DNA of 64,000 nucleotides. Origin: Camelus ferus (Eukaryota). The DNA lies in assembly GCF_009834535.1 (NCBI RefSeq), contig NC_045697.1:77626001-77690000 (forward strand), in the 5' to 3' direction. The stretch's first letter is position 1, and the number at the start of each line of letters is the position of its first letter. The notes under the pieces were generated by a model, which made no database searches, was not told the origin of the DNA, and saw nothing but the letters and a program-made list of their open reading frames with translations. Both the position numbers and the translations under genes were made by a program. Positions 52,388-64,000 of this stretch are shown one piece after another.

Positions 52388-53754
52388 TTAATGGCAATCC
52401 TCCATCTTTCTCTTCTAAGAGGAAGTTCAGAAGAAGCAAGAGTTCAAGGCAGCGCCCAGGACTGATAAGATCTCCTCCACAAAGCAGTCCTGTGAAAAAG
52501 CTCTGTGACACAGTTCTCAACCAGATCCCTGGGACTTCCTACCAGACCAGACACATCAAGATCTCTGGCTCCACACTGCCTGGCCTCCTGACTCGACTGA
52601 CCTTTTATAACCTTCATTTCAGAGAGTACCAAAATCCTTCTAGCTCCTCGAAATCAGACTTGATCTCCCAGACATTCAGCAGTAATGGACTATTTGCTAA
52701 TGATGTATTCCAGGTACGTGCACAGCATCTGTTTCCAGGTGCCACAGGGTCCCTGAGCTAATTATCCTATTCATTTTTTGCTCTCTAGAGACAAGTTTAT
52801 GTTTAATCTTTTATTGCTATTAGATTAGAGGACTACTCTCCCTGGGGAACCTTTGCCCTCCTAGATACATTCCTGAAACCCAGACGTAGAAGTTATCACG
52901 TTCAAGTCAAACTGATGTCTGTTATCACTTTCCCTTAAAGGACCAGGACCCTTTCCTACTAAAAAATAATCTAACTGTATAATTTATATTTGGAGAAAGA
53001 GAAGGAAATGTATTGTGACATCAACAGTATGGTTCATCTCTCCCTCAATCTGAGAAAGCAGATTCATCTGAACTAAGAATGTGCAGGTTCATGTCCTCAC
53101 AAACTTCCTTTGTGTTTAACTATGTTGCTGAATGTTCATTAAAATATGCATTAGTTTTTTTTTAAAGCACTTGTTAGCTGATACTAGATAATACAGTGTT
53201 GTAAAATGAAATTTATCTTTTACTATAAAAACAGTAAGTACATTACAGTTAATGCAAAAAATGAAGAAATAAGACCATACGCAAAATCACACCACCTATG
53301 CCTACCCAGAATGTAATAGGAAAAGATCATGGAAAGCTGGAAGAGCAAAAGGAGAAATAATAAGCATCATTTTTACCACTTTTATATAGCTACTTTCTGC
53401 CATTTTGGTATTATTTTCTTCCTGATTTTTTTTTCCCTTGTGCATGCAATCCCACCTTCCCCTCACTTTAGGCAAGCTTTTGACTTCTTTCTGATTGGAG
53501 TAGTTGATTTGAGTGCCTAGAAAAGGAGTAATAATTAACATATACAACAATTAACATGAGTTCACTAAAAATCAGTCATGCTAAATTAATATCTTTCCTC
53601 TTAAAAATAAAATTAGATGAAAAAAAGAAGTATTTTATTATTGTTTCAATAAGACACTAGACAGTCTCCCATAATTCACTTAAGGACAATATAAAGAGGT
53701 ACTGGATAATAAATCAGATACATTTATTTGACAGCCTTCTGTATTCATGCATAA

Positions 53755-54510
53755 CTGCATTCATCTAGTCAACACACACTGAGTGCAACTGTATGCCAAA
53801 TTCTGGGATAGGCACTGATTTCAAAGACAGAAGAGAAAATACTTATCCATCTATGAGCCAAGTGCTAGCAAACCACAAAGAAAGGAGAAACAGGTTTTGG
53901 TGGGTGGAGAAGAGAAAGGATTTGGAATTTGTATTTGAATAGACAGGCCTGAGATGAGGGTTACTTCAATAGGTAATACTGGGAAGATAATCTGGAGCCA
54001 GATTTTGAATGGTCTTTCAAAGCAATCAAAAGAATGATTGGGGAGGGTACAGCTCAATGGTAGAGTATGTGCTTAGCATGCACAAGGTCCTAAATTCAAT
54101 CCCCAGTACTTCTATTAAAAATAAAGAAAAAAAGAAACCTAACTCTCCTCCCCTACAAAATTTTTTTCTTAAAAAAAAAAAATTTGGATTTGTACTATAG
54201 ACAATGGAAAACCATGGGAAGTTTTTACCATGGGAGTGACATAGTGGGATCTGTGACTTAGATAATGCTGACAAGTGAGTGAGGAGACAAGAGGTAGTGA
54301 GGGGGGCCTGAAGGAAGTCCAGTGGCGACCGACATGAACCAGGAGAAGCAGAATTGAAGGCTGGATCACACAAGCCTTGGTTGTGAATTAGAGGTGAGGA
54401 GGGAGAGAAGGTGCTGAGCAGAGTGATGTCCCTGTCCCATGTAGATGACAAAGGAGGTGGAGCAGGCTGGAAGAGGAAGAGGTGTTCAGTTTGTGAAATC
54501 GACGGTCTGA
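53755..54510 (-). mobile_element. L2 fragment with a SINE insertion
   Basis: cattcatc...actgagtgcaactgtatgcca...tagacaatggaaaaccatgggaagttttt...gggagtgacata. Confidence 0.7.
54040..54182 (+). mobile_element. Camelid tRNA-derived SINE (Vic-1 type), long-tail form
   Basis: ggggagggtacagctcaatggtagag...cttagcatgcacaagg...ttcaatccccagtac, then aaacctaact..cctcccc and an A-tail. Confidence 0.88.
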
Positions 54511-57500
54511 GAAGACGGACTCTAAGAATGTGGGATGGAATCAGCCTCAGCCAGAGCAGCGCTTCCGCTTAGGCAAGAATTACCTGGGAAAATCTTTCCC
54601 AGCCCCTGGGCCTCTCCATGGACCTGCTAATTCTGAATCTCTGCGATGAAGCCTGTGCACTTGCATTCTAAGGAAAATCAACTCTCCAGGTGTGTCTGCC
54701 CTAAATACCTGGTTAAGGATCAAGGACATAGCCTGTGCTTCTCAAAGTTCTTACCCCAAACTACCCTCTTGTCTGTAGAAAACAAACTCAGTAATTACAG
54801 AGAACTGGAGAAGAACCAAGTACCAGCCAAAGCGGTACAATCAAACAACATCAGCAATCACAAAAAATAAGTTCAAAAAAAGTATTTCTGCAGAAATGAA
54901 TGCAGGAACAGTAACTGAAAATCAGCTACAACTCAAGACAACCCTGGTGGTTCAGTGTTAACAGAGTCCTTAAAATTTCCAGAATGTCATGTACAATAAA
55001 AGCTTTGTAATGTTTCAAAGCACCATGTGGCAGACTTCTTAGCAGAATATTAAATTAGAATTCCCCCCTCCCTCACCATACTTTCTAATATAGACTTGCT
55101 CATTTTAATGTGTAAGTGCCAAATTTTAGTAAGCTTTAATACATTTCTTAGTAGTTTTTTAGTAGGTAATACTTAATTGTTCAAAAGCGTAGGAGTCCTA
55201 ATTTTTTTATTTTTCAGAAGTGTCCATGAGGATTACCAGTGGGCTGTAGATGCTATTCTAAAAAACAAAGCCTAGAGAGGATAGAATAGTCATTTTCAGG
55301 TGCATACAAGACAGTTGTGCAGAAGTGAGAATAAATACAGCTGGAGCCAGACCTAGGGCCAGCGCAGGACCACAGCTTTCACTTTAATATGTAGAACAGT
55401 CTTCAAATAATCAGAGCCATCCCAAGTGGAATGGACTAAAAGGAGCTTCTTAAGGAAGTTCCCAGGGTCTGACAAGGGATGACTAAGTAAAGAATAAAGA
55501 ACAGCTTCACCCAGTTAGGAGACTAGTCCTAGGGACCATAACGCACACAAACCACACATACACAGTGGTAACCTTCTCCACAGTCAAGAAAACACAGTTT
55601 AAAACACTTGATAGCCCACCCAGGTCTCTCCTTCCAGCCCCTGAAACAGAGTAAAAACAATGATGTGAGGCAGAATGATAATCTTCATTTTCTTTTCCTG
55701 CTGATTAGACCCTACAATTCTGAATGTTGAGATGTTCTGAATTCAGAACAACCAGAAACAATATAGGATTAGGGCAACTGAGTCTTTTAAATGTATCTAT
55801 CAGTGTGGAATGTGGACTGTTTTCTGGAGCTACCAATGAATAAAATCATGGATAAAAATGTTATGTCATTTATTACAGATTCGTTGTGCATTACTCAATT
55901 AAGCAGATAAATCTATCTTATCATGTCATGAAGTATTTATTATGACAAGCCAATCCTCATCTTATTTATTCTATATTAAAAATTAATTTATTTCAACTTA
56001 TAATTGAAAAATATTAAACATGTGAGGCAGTACATAGTTTTAAAAATTTCTTTCAGGAGGATGTCAGCAAAAAAGTTTGACGAACACTCCTTTACTCTAG
56101 AAAATTCCATACAAACACCTTTTTTTTTTCTTATAACCTCACAATGTTTCTTGATCTCTTAATCTTCACTTACTCTCATAGTCAGTACTTAGTCTTGCAC
56201 TCCTTTGTGGGGTCATTTTTCACAAGGGCATACCTCTTCATAGATTTCCTACCTACCAGACAATAAAAGGAAAAAAACAAAAAACAAAAAAACCCCCACT
56301 GTTCTGACAAATGAATGCTTCTCAGATTTGACTTCAGCAAAATTAAAAAAAAAAAAAAGTTGCTTCATTTTCTAGACCATTCGGGTCATTCTCCAAGTCA
56401 AAATTGCTAATGTTAAAACAACAAATTCTAAAGAACTGCAACACTAGGTCTTAAAGGGAAAACATTCTACAGTTGATTGGAGCCCAGTGGGTCAGTAGAT
56501 TTATGACTTAATATTACTAGTTACAGGCTAGCTATAGAACACCTCTAATAGCACAGCATGCTTTACCTGCGTTCCCATCATGAAGAGTGTTGCAAGCCGC
56601 CCAGTGAAATGCCAACTCCAGGCCTGGGCACAGAGCTGTTGGTTCGTAACCCCAGGAGTTCCTGGGTAAAATGTGAAACTGGCCCCCTTACACGGGAACG
56701 CAGGTGGAGGCTGAAGAGGCAGCCTCTCCAGGTTGGTAGGTGGCAGGTATAATGAGCAAGGGGACTTACTTATGAGGCTTGTCTTGGCGGCTGCAAGACC
56801 AGTAGATTTCCACATCCACCCACAGGATATAGTGGCCTTAACAGGTCACGTATACCGTCCAGATGGTCTCAACAACACATCTACTCTTTCAAGGCTGTGT
56901 CCTTGAAACGGCTCTGACTGTAGGAACAGTGGGCAGAAGGTACATTTCAAGGGCAGGAAGATGGTGAGGAGACTTGATTGCCTGCATCCTACTCTCAGGT
57001 CAACTGGGTGGGGGGGGCGGTCACGACCTCTTGATGGCCTCCTCCAACAATGGTCAGAGGACTATTTCTAATGCAAATTAGAAACTTAACATGTTCAACT
57101 TAACATGTAAGGGAATAGTGACATAAAGTAAGTCTAGACAAAACAATACTAAGTAGCCACTAAAAACTATACTTAGGGAGATGTCTTAGTGACATGAAAA
57201 GCATTTATAATGCAAAGAGGGAAGAAAGCAACATAAAAAGTTGTTATGCGATAGTAGGTGAATGGAAGTGCCCAGGGCAGTCCCTGGCACAGCATACGGA
57301 ACTCAATCCCTTGTTGATATGCACTGAATACTAATAAATAAATAAGTAAATAAAGTATATAAAAATCTTGGAAATAAGGCTGAAGGAAATGTGGCCTCTG
57401 AATAAGAATTAAAGGTGTTTTCTTTCCTGCATCTTTATTTTTTTTTTAATGTTTTCATTTCTTTTTTCTATAATAATAAATATTTACTTTAAAATCAGGA

Positions 57501-58812
57501 GAAGGATTTAAAACTAATAAACAAAACAACAAAGGTTCTCTTTAAATTCTTCACATTATAGGAGATGATCTTTATAAACAGAGACAACCCCAACCCACAT
57601 ATACATATATATTTGTTTGTTTGTTATTGTTGTTGTTTTTCTATCAATAGCAGGTGGCTATTTACCAGTAGCTACTGAAACCTGCCTGAAGGAAAGCTAG
57701 GTTGCAGGCAGCACTAGGTAGAAACACAAGCTCCCAGGGTCTAGACCCAAGCTCAGTGGTCAAAGGTCATGACATGGAGAAACAGACAGAAAGTATGCTT
57801 TATAAGAAATGTTCCAAATCTGTGTGTCACAGTTTGTTTAAGAAAAACTGAAATCTCTTATGATAGAAGCATTAGTAAAGATGACATGGCTTTTTATAAT
57901 TATAAAAGTATTGATAGACTTTGAACAAGTAATATTCAGAAAACACTAATCCTAATGACCAGTGTGTTTATCTCTTCGTAGCACAAGGCTTAGTGTAACA
58001 GTAATAGGTGCTTTTGTCGTTATTCCTGCCGGAAGCGTTCAGGATACGCTTAATGAAAGATAAAAGACACTGTAAGATTCTAGACTAAAACCACAGGTAC
58101 CTTACACATTTACAGTGCTGCCCAGTGTCCAAGTGCATTATTTTACTGACTGAATATTTATTCTTACACAAATGGGGGATGATTTGGGCCTGGGTGACTA
58201 AGCTTTAGCCTGGGGCCCATGTCTTTTTTTTTGTCCCTACATACAAATGCCAACTTGTTTAACCACACTGCGCCTCATTTCCTGTTTTGTATACATCAAA
58301 GGAAGGTTGGGAGGATTTAACCATTAACATATATAAAACATTTTAAAAGAATGCCTGCGACCAGTAAACAACTATGTATCAACAATTACTATCATTACTC
58401 CAGAATGAAGAAAATCTACCCTCCCTTCTAAGATCTTTAAATTAAATCCGTGCCAAAAAGTCATAAAACTGAGAGGAAACTACAGACACTGATGTTTAGA
58501 GTACCTTGTTATTGAGCTTCCTGCCCTCTGATTGTAATGATACCCACTGCTAGACCAGCTTTTAAATGCTTAAGGCACCCACAGACTTCAAGAGAACACT
58601 CACACATTAAAAAGTTTCAGGAGCAAACCTTTTCATCAGGCCCTTTTTCCCTACATTGAGCCTCCCAAAACAAGATCATGAAATTCTCAACTTCAAAGGA
58701 CTCAATTCCACTAAACTCACTTCACCTGAAAAAGTGAATTACCCCAGTGGGAGTGGGCATAGTGTCTTAAAAACTTTTACATGGTATTAATGCTACCTTT
58801 ATAAATAAAAGG

Positions 58813-58844
58813 AGCTGGGCAGCTGGGCAGCTGGGCAGCTTGGC
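58813..58844. repeat. Tandem 8-mer (AGCTGGGC)x3 plus AGCTTGGC
   Basis: Seen directly. Confidence 0.85.
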
Positions 58845-61800
58845 CTAAAGATAGGAAAACTTGAGGGTTTCACTTATTATTACCCACATTGAAGATTTTC
58901 AAAAAATTACTAATAATTGGGGGTAAATCCAAGTACTAAATGTTCAAATTTTGCAGTTTTAAGACACTAAAATCTTATTACTGAACTAGTTTTAAAAAAA
59001 TTGATGAAACAGTTCATTCAGTTAGGGCCTACTTTGCACAGAATTTTAGAAAAGTACATTTGGTACAGCAAGATGCTTCTTGAACAGCAGGAAATACACA
59101 AAAAATGATCTTTAATGTGGTATCAGTTTTCATTTATTAAAAAAGTCACTTTACCATGTTTATGTATATATATGTGTGTGTGTATATATATAAACATATA
59201 CTTTTCTAAGTGAATGCCTGTACTCTCCTAACAAAGATAAACGATAAACATACATTTCATTGATTTTTTTTCCAGTCTTCAAAGAATGATCTTGTATACC
59301 GCCCATTAAGTGTTAACAAATAGTCAATTCAAAAATTCAGCCTCAGAATTCAAAGGATCATTAAAAAACAAAACAAAACAAATAAGACAAGCAAAAAAAC
59401 AAGTCCAAGGATGAGTATCAATAAAATTAAGGGTTGAGCTAAAATATCTGAAATTTATCTTTAAGAAAATTAAGTTATACTTATTTCACTTAAAATATGC
59501 GATTACGAACTTGATTAAAAACAGTAGGGGTCCCCCTCTCTATAATACAGTATACTAGATGTTCTCATTATATTACAATCAGGGACACAAAAAAAGCTTT
59601 AGAAAGAAAAAACCTAAAATATGAAATCCTGAAGGAAGTAGAATAAAAGTATTAGAAAACTATATGAGTATCCAGCAAAATTACTTCTAATCAGCATGTC
59701 TATTTATCTCAGCAAAGATAAGTGTAAATCTTTTTCACCTGTACATTGCTTTGTGCAGATAGGCTTAAAGTTAAATTTTTAGAAGTTCATAGAGGGTGAC
59801 TGACCAAACAAAAGGGTTCCTAAAAATACTTGTCATTCCAATATGCTAAGATAACCTTGAAACTCACAACAGTGCAAACTGATTATACTTCAATTTTTTA
59901 AAAAAAGGAAAAAAAAAAAGAATCTTTAAACTAAAAATCGTAAGTGCTCAGTACAGAAATGAATCATGATAAAATCATAAGCTTGAACTGAGATGTCTTA
60001 CAAGGATCTGTACTTTAGGATGGTTTTTGCTCAATGAACTTCAAATTACAAATTCATTTTTGACTCCAGGGCAATCGTTTTTTTTTTTTTTTAAACAGGA
60101 TTAATCTACCTCTAAAATGAAATTATTGTCAAGTTAAATCTAATTAAGGATGCTTTTTTTTTTTTAAAGTTCTGAGTAACTATGCCAACAGTACACATCT
60201 GTACTTGCCTGGATACACACATGATCAGAATACAGATAAAGGAATGAAGTTACAAGACTTTAACCTTTCAATAAAGCCATGTTATATTTTTATTCCAATT
60301 TCTTTGGATTATCAATAGAAATAATGTAGTATAGGTTAATTTTTCTAGGCAAACTTTCCTAGGTAAATGCCTGTGCTCTTCTAACAAACATAAATGGAAA
60401 GTAAATGGAGAAGATGGATTTGAAGCCAAGGACTAGAAAACAAAGAATAAAGGAAGAAAGCTAAGGCAAATTTTGTGGACTGTTGTCTGATTTCTATTAA
60501 CAAAGGACAGCGCAGTTCACCTGTGTCCAGAAATGAAAAATTCAGTGAATCATTGCAACAATTTTTGGATAACTCATCTCAGAAAAATACTAGAACTGAA
60601 ATACCCAGATCACTGGAGCAAAGATGAATTCTTGATTTGCCTGAATAGTCCTTCACTGTACTTCATTTGCTAAAGACCGACTAGATGGTTATTCTATGCC
60701 CTCCTAAGTATTTCTAAGTCTCCATCCCTCTCACAGCTTTTCTACTGTCTAAACCAAAAGATTCTTCTTTCAAGGAAGTATGCAGAGTAACTCTTAGATC
60801 TGGAGTGGGTTGACTTTGGAGTTAAATTCCAAAGTAATTCTGACAGAATTATTATCATCTAACATCAAAAGCAACAAGGAGTCTTTTCTAGACCACAAAA
60901 TTCAACTTCCAATTTAACAAAAGGCCTATGTAAACATTTTACCATCATATGCATACTGTCTATTACAAATGCAAATATCGAGATGTATAATCATAAAATA
61001 ATCTCGCATTCTCCCTGGAAATCCTAAAAACTAAAGGCTGCATGAATACACATCATTTTTTAAAAGCTACATAAAAGTTCAGGTTAAAGTTCCCACACAT
61101 TTCATTATTTTCTACGATCATAACATAGATCAGTTTTCTTCTGTATACATTTTCTCAGTGTTCTCACTCTTAACCTAGTACGTAACAGGCCAACATCTCA
61201 GCAGTTTCTAAGGTTTATTGAATGAAACGTTAAGTTCCTCACACTCAGGATTTTCAGTCCTAAGGCTAATATGAACTGTGATTCTCTAAAATAAGTGGCA
61301 AGCAACATACTGAGCACAGTGTGGACACAGTAGTTTCCTAGACGGCTGACGAAATCTGCATTTGCTGTAGTGTCGCTGATTAAAGGAGACTTTGGCCTTT
61401 TCTGTTCCATGACCACAGACTGCACTATTTTTCTAATAAAAGTATACAACAGGTCACAGGGAGGATTTCAGAGATCAATGCAAAGCCACTGTCCCTACAA
61501 GAAAAACAACAGCCTGCATTCTGAAGTTTGATAGACATTATGATGCTATATTTTGAGTAAAAAAACTAACACAGGCTTATAATACTTTTATATTCTTTAT
61601 TACTGAAATTGTACATGTTACTTTCTAAACCTCACATATAAGAAAGAACATAAAGATGTACAATCCCTTTTAAATACTGTTTCTTTTAAATTTTGTCCTT
61701 CATAAAAACAATCTGTGGATGAAACATTTCCTGAGCCAGACAGTATTTAATTCTGAAAATGCCTACACTATCTTATAGACCCAAAATACAGAACAAAAAT

Positions 61801-63759
61801 ATAAAAACAATAAAACCCTTATAACCATCACCACAGCCTGGGGGGGGGGGGGAGTCAGAAAAACATACAAAACACTCAAAGACTGGACATGGAAGAGGCC
61901 AGAGGGGAGCGGGGGAGGGTTTCCTGAGGTTCTAGGCAAGCCCTGTGATGACATCACCTCACAGGCCTCCTGTTTTCTCATTGGTGAACACCGTGTCAGC
62001 CGACATCAGAAGATAATCACCATTGGCCAGACAATTACAATTGGAGCAGCTAGCATACAGCACTGCTAGCACAGAGCCGGCAGGCTGCTGAGAGAGAACG
62101 CAGAGCCCAGCTGCCCTTCTCACTCAATGAATTTTATGTCACCTTACCAATCACTAGGCGATTTTGCTCCCTTGCTAGCAGCCCTTATAAGTCAGCTCTT
62201 AGTGAAAATAACAGGTAAAGGCCAGATGTCTATAAAAGAACAAAATGCCTCTCTTTTCAACGCTGTAAAATCACAAGGGCTTTTCAGTGTAAAATCAGAA
62301 CTCAAAAATGCTATTGAGCTAAAAGCAGGCATTTTCCTCTGCCTCATGCAACACACTCTCATATACCAGACAGTATTACTCAGGATATTTTTAATTTGAC
62401 ATGTAGTTTCAAGATGTGGCTCAGGAGGATCCTCCAAGGCACAATATTTATTACTTGGCATTTCTGTAGCTTTGCTGATTTGTTATATATGAAACTATTT
62501 GCTAGAAAAGTAAAAAGGTCTGCGGTATTTATCTCGTGTCTGTAACAAATGAATACAGGGTTAATTACTCTTTAGACAGCAATAAACTTGATAAACTTGC
62601 CTCAAGTTTGAACCCTTTATAGAGTTTATACAAACATCACTCCAAAAAGGGGGCCCCTTTACATTAATATGTAATAAGGTAATGAACATGGATTATAGGG
62701 TAAGTTTAATAAAGGTCCTCTTAAATGATACTCAAAAAGTAGTGCAGACAGCATACTGACAAAACAGCACTCCTAGCCTTCCTTACAATTCTTCAAAAGA
62801 CAGTGGGTGTAGCTCATTTTTGAGACATGAGTTATAATTCTCTAAATGGAGTTTCATTTGAGGCTATGTATATAGATTTTTAAGAACAACTGAAAATGAT
62901 TTGTCAAAAAACAGAGAAGCTTCCCAACATTGTGTTTTTCCTCCAGAAGCTATTTCAAGCCATTTTAAGTTAATGAGTCTGGGAAAGGCAAGACCCTGTA
63001 TTTCCTAAACTTCCCCTGACCCCAAGAGGGTATAAGCCTTGGTATGGAGCCCCTTCTCCTGTTAACAAGGGAAATGAAAAGGAAATCTTCATTTTCTTAT
63101 ACACCGGGCTCAAGACTTTGTATTATCAGGGGTTTTGGGGAGGAGGTTTATAAAACTGGGCCCCAAGGATATTGGGAGAAATGCATACACTCTGGAGTAA
63201 AAGAAGAAAGCAAGACAATCAGGGTCCAGAAGACCTGCAAGGAAAGGGTAACAGCAGGGTTTTGTGCTGTAGTAGGTAAGCCACGAAGAACAAACAAAAG
63301 AGAAAAGGCCGGGAAGGGGAAACTCTAGTATGTGACTATGACATAGCATTCAAAATGCAGAAGGAAGCCAAGTAAGTTAAGCTTCAGGTATTAACAGGTA
63401 GGGCTGGCAATAAAATGGGCACCCATTGTCACTGTAGCTCACTAGATAAGCATTTTCCCCAGCATCTGCCATGTACAAAGCATCCTTCAAGATGCTCTAC
63501 ATAATCAATAGTGGAATGAGACAAGAACCATACCCTGAGAGATGGTGGTCTGGTAAGAGGTACAGACATATAGGTAAATATTCATGTATATGAATAAAAG
63601 CCAGGAAAGATATTGCCAGACATAAGGTTCAGATAAAGAGCCAGGAGGAAACAGTGGTAGAGCCCAATAGGCAAAGATAAATTGGCGCATTTTCCCCATT
63701 TTCAGTCCCCAGAGGGCTAGGCCCTGTCTGATTCAGTGTGTACTTGCTGAGTGAATGGG

Positions 63760-64000
63760 GAAAAGAGGCGGGAAAACGGTACCTGGAAGTGGAGGAGGCA
63801 CAGAAAGCAGCCTCAGAGAAAAGGCAACAAGTGATTAAGAGGCAGTACCAAACGCAATGGTGCAAGAGAGGGCTGGCAGACAGTGAACGCGGGCAGCCCG
63901 CGGGAGGGGAAGCCGGCTCTAGAGAGGCAGGTTCGACAAGGATGCAGCAAGTTGGAGACACGGTAGACGTCAGAGAACACAGAGCACACTAGGCCACCGG
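63760..64000. promoter_or_regulatory. Probable edge (shore) of a CpG island extending beyond the window
   Basis: About a dozen CpGs in the last ~240 bp (e.g. gaacgcgggcagcccgcggg) against a strongly CpG-depleted background. Confidence 0.45.

Noticed and set aside
1..64000. CRISPR arrays, operons, rRNA or other prokaryote-style systems
   Set aside because: The sequence is mammalian intronic DNA, with no regularly spaced repeats or dense coding.

Overview
This is mammalian genomic DNA, most likely camelid (alpaca, llama or camel). That call rests on four tRNA-derived Vic-1-type SINEs and cetartiodactyl-type L1 3' UTRs; I saw no ruminant Bov-A/BovB, pig PRE-1, primate Alu or rodent B1 elements. 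The window is AT-rich, CpG-depleted and essentially non-coding. None of the listed ORFs looks like a host protein except a decayed LINE-1 ORF2 fragment (10630-10944). It reads best as the long 5' introns of a minus-strand gene that I cannot name. CpG density rises at the far right edge, and short minus-strand segments have good splice signals (47 nt at 50864-50910, 55 nt at 6515-6569, possibly 309 nt at 601-909). The rest is a typical repeat landscape: L1, L2, CR1/L3, MIR, MER5/MER20/MER44/MER82, MLT1, two ERV1-type solo LTRs and microsatellites. The items most worth a second look are: a candidate recursive-splice site with an RS-exon and hairpin at about 35.2-35.5 kb; an intact solo LTR carrying octamer, Sox, CCAAT and TATA motifs, antisense to the host gene; a ~245-bp local duplication with identical core blocks; four ~200-nt L1 3' ends with clustered 5' ends; and small ORFs that stay open across the candidate exons. 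I found no convincing novel multi-gene system. Repeat names come from visual recognition of consensus sequences and boundaries of old repeats are approximate.
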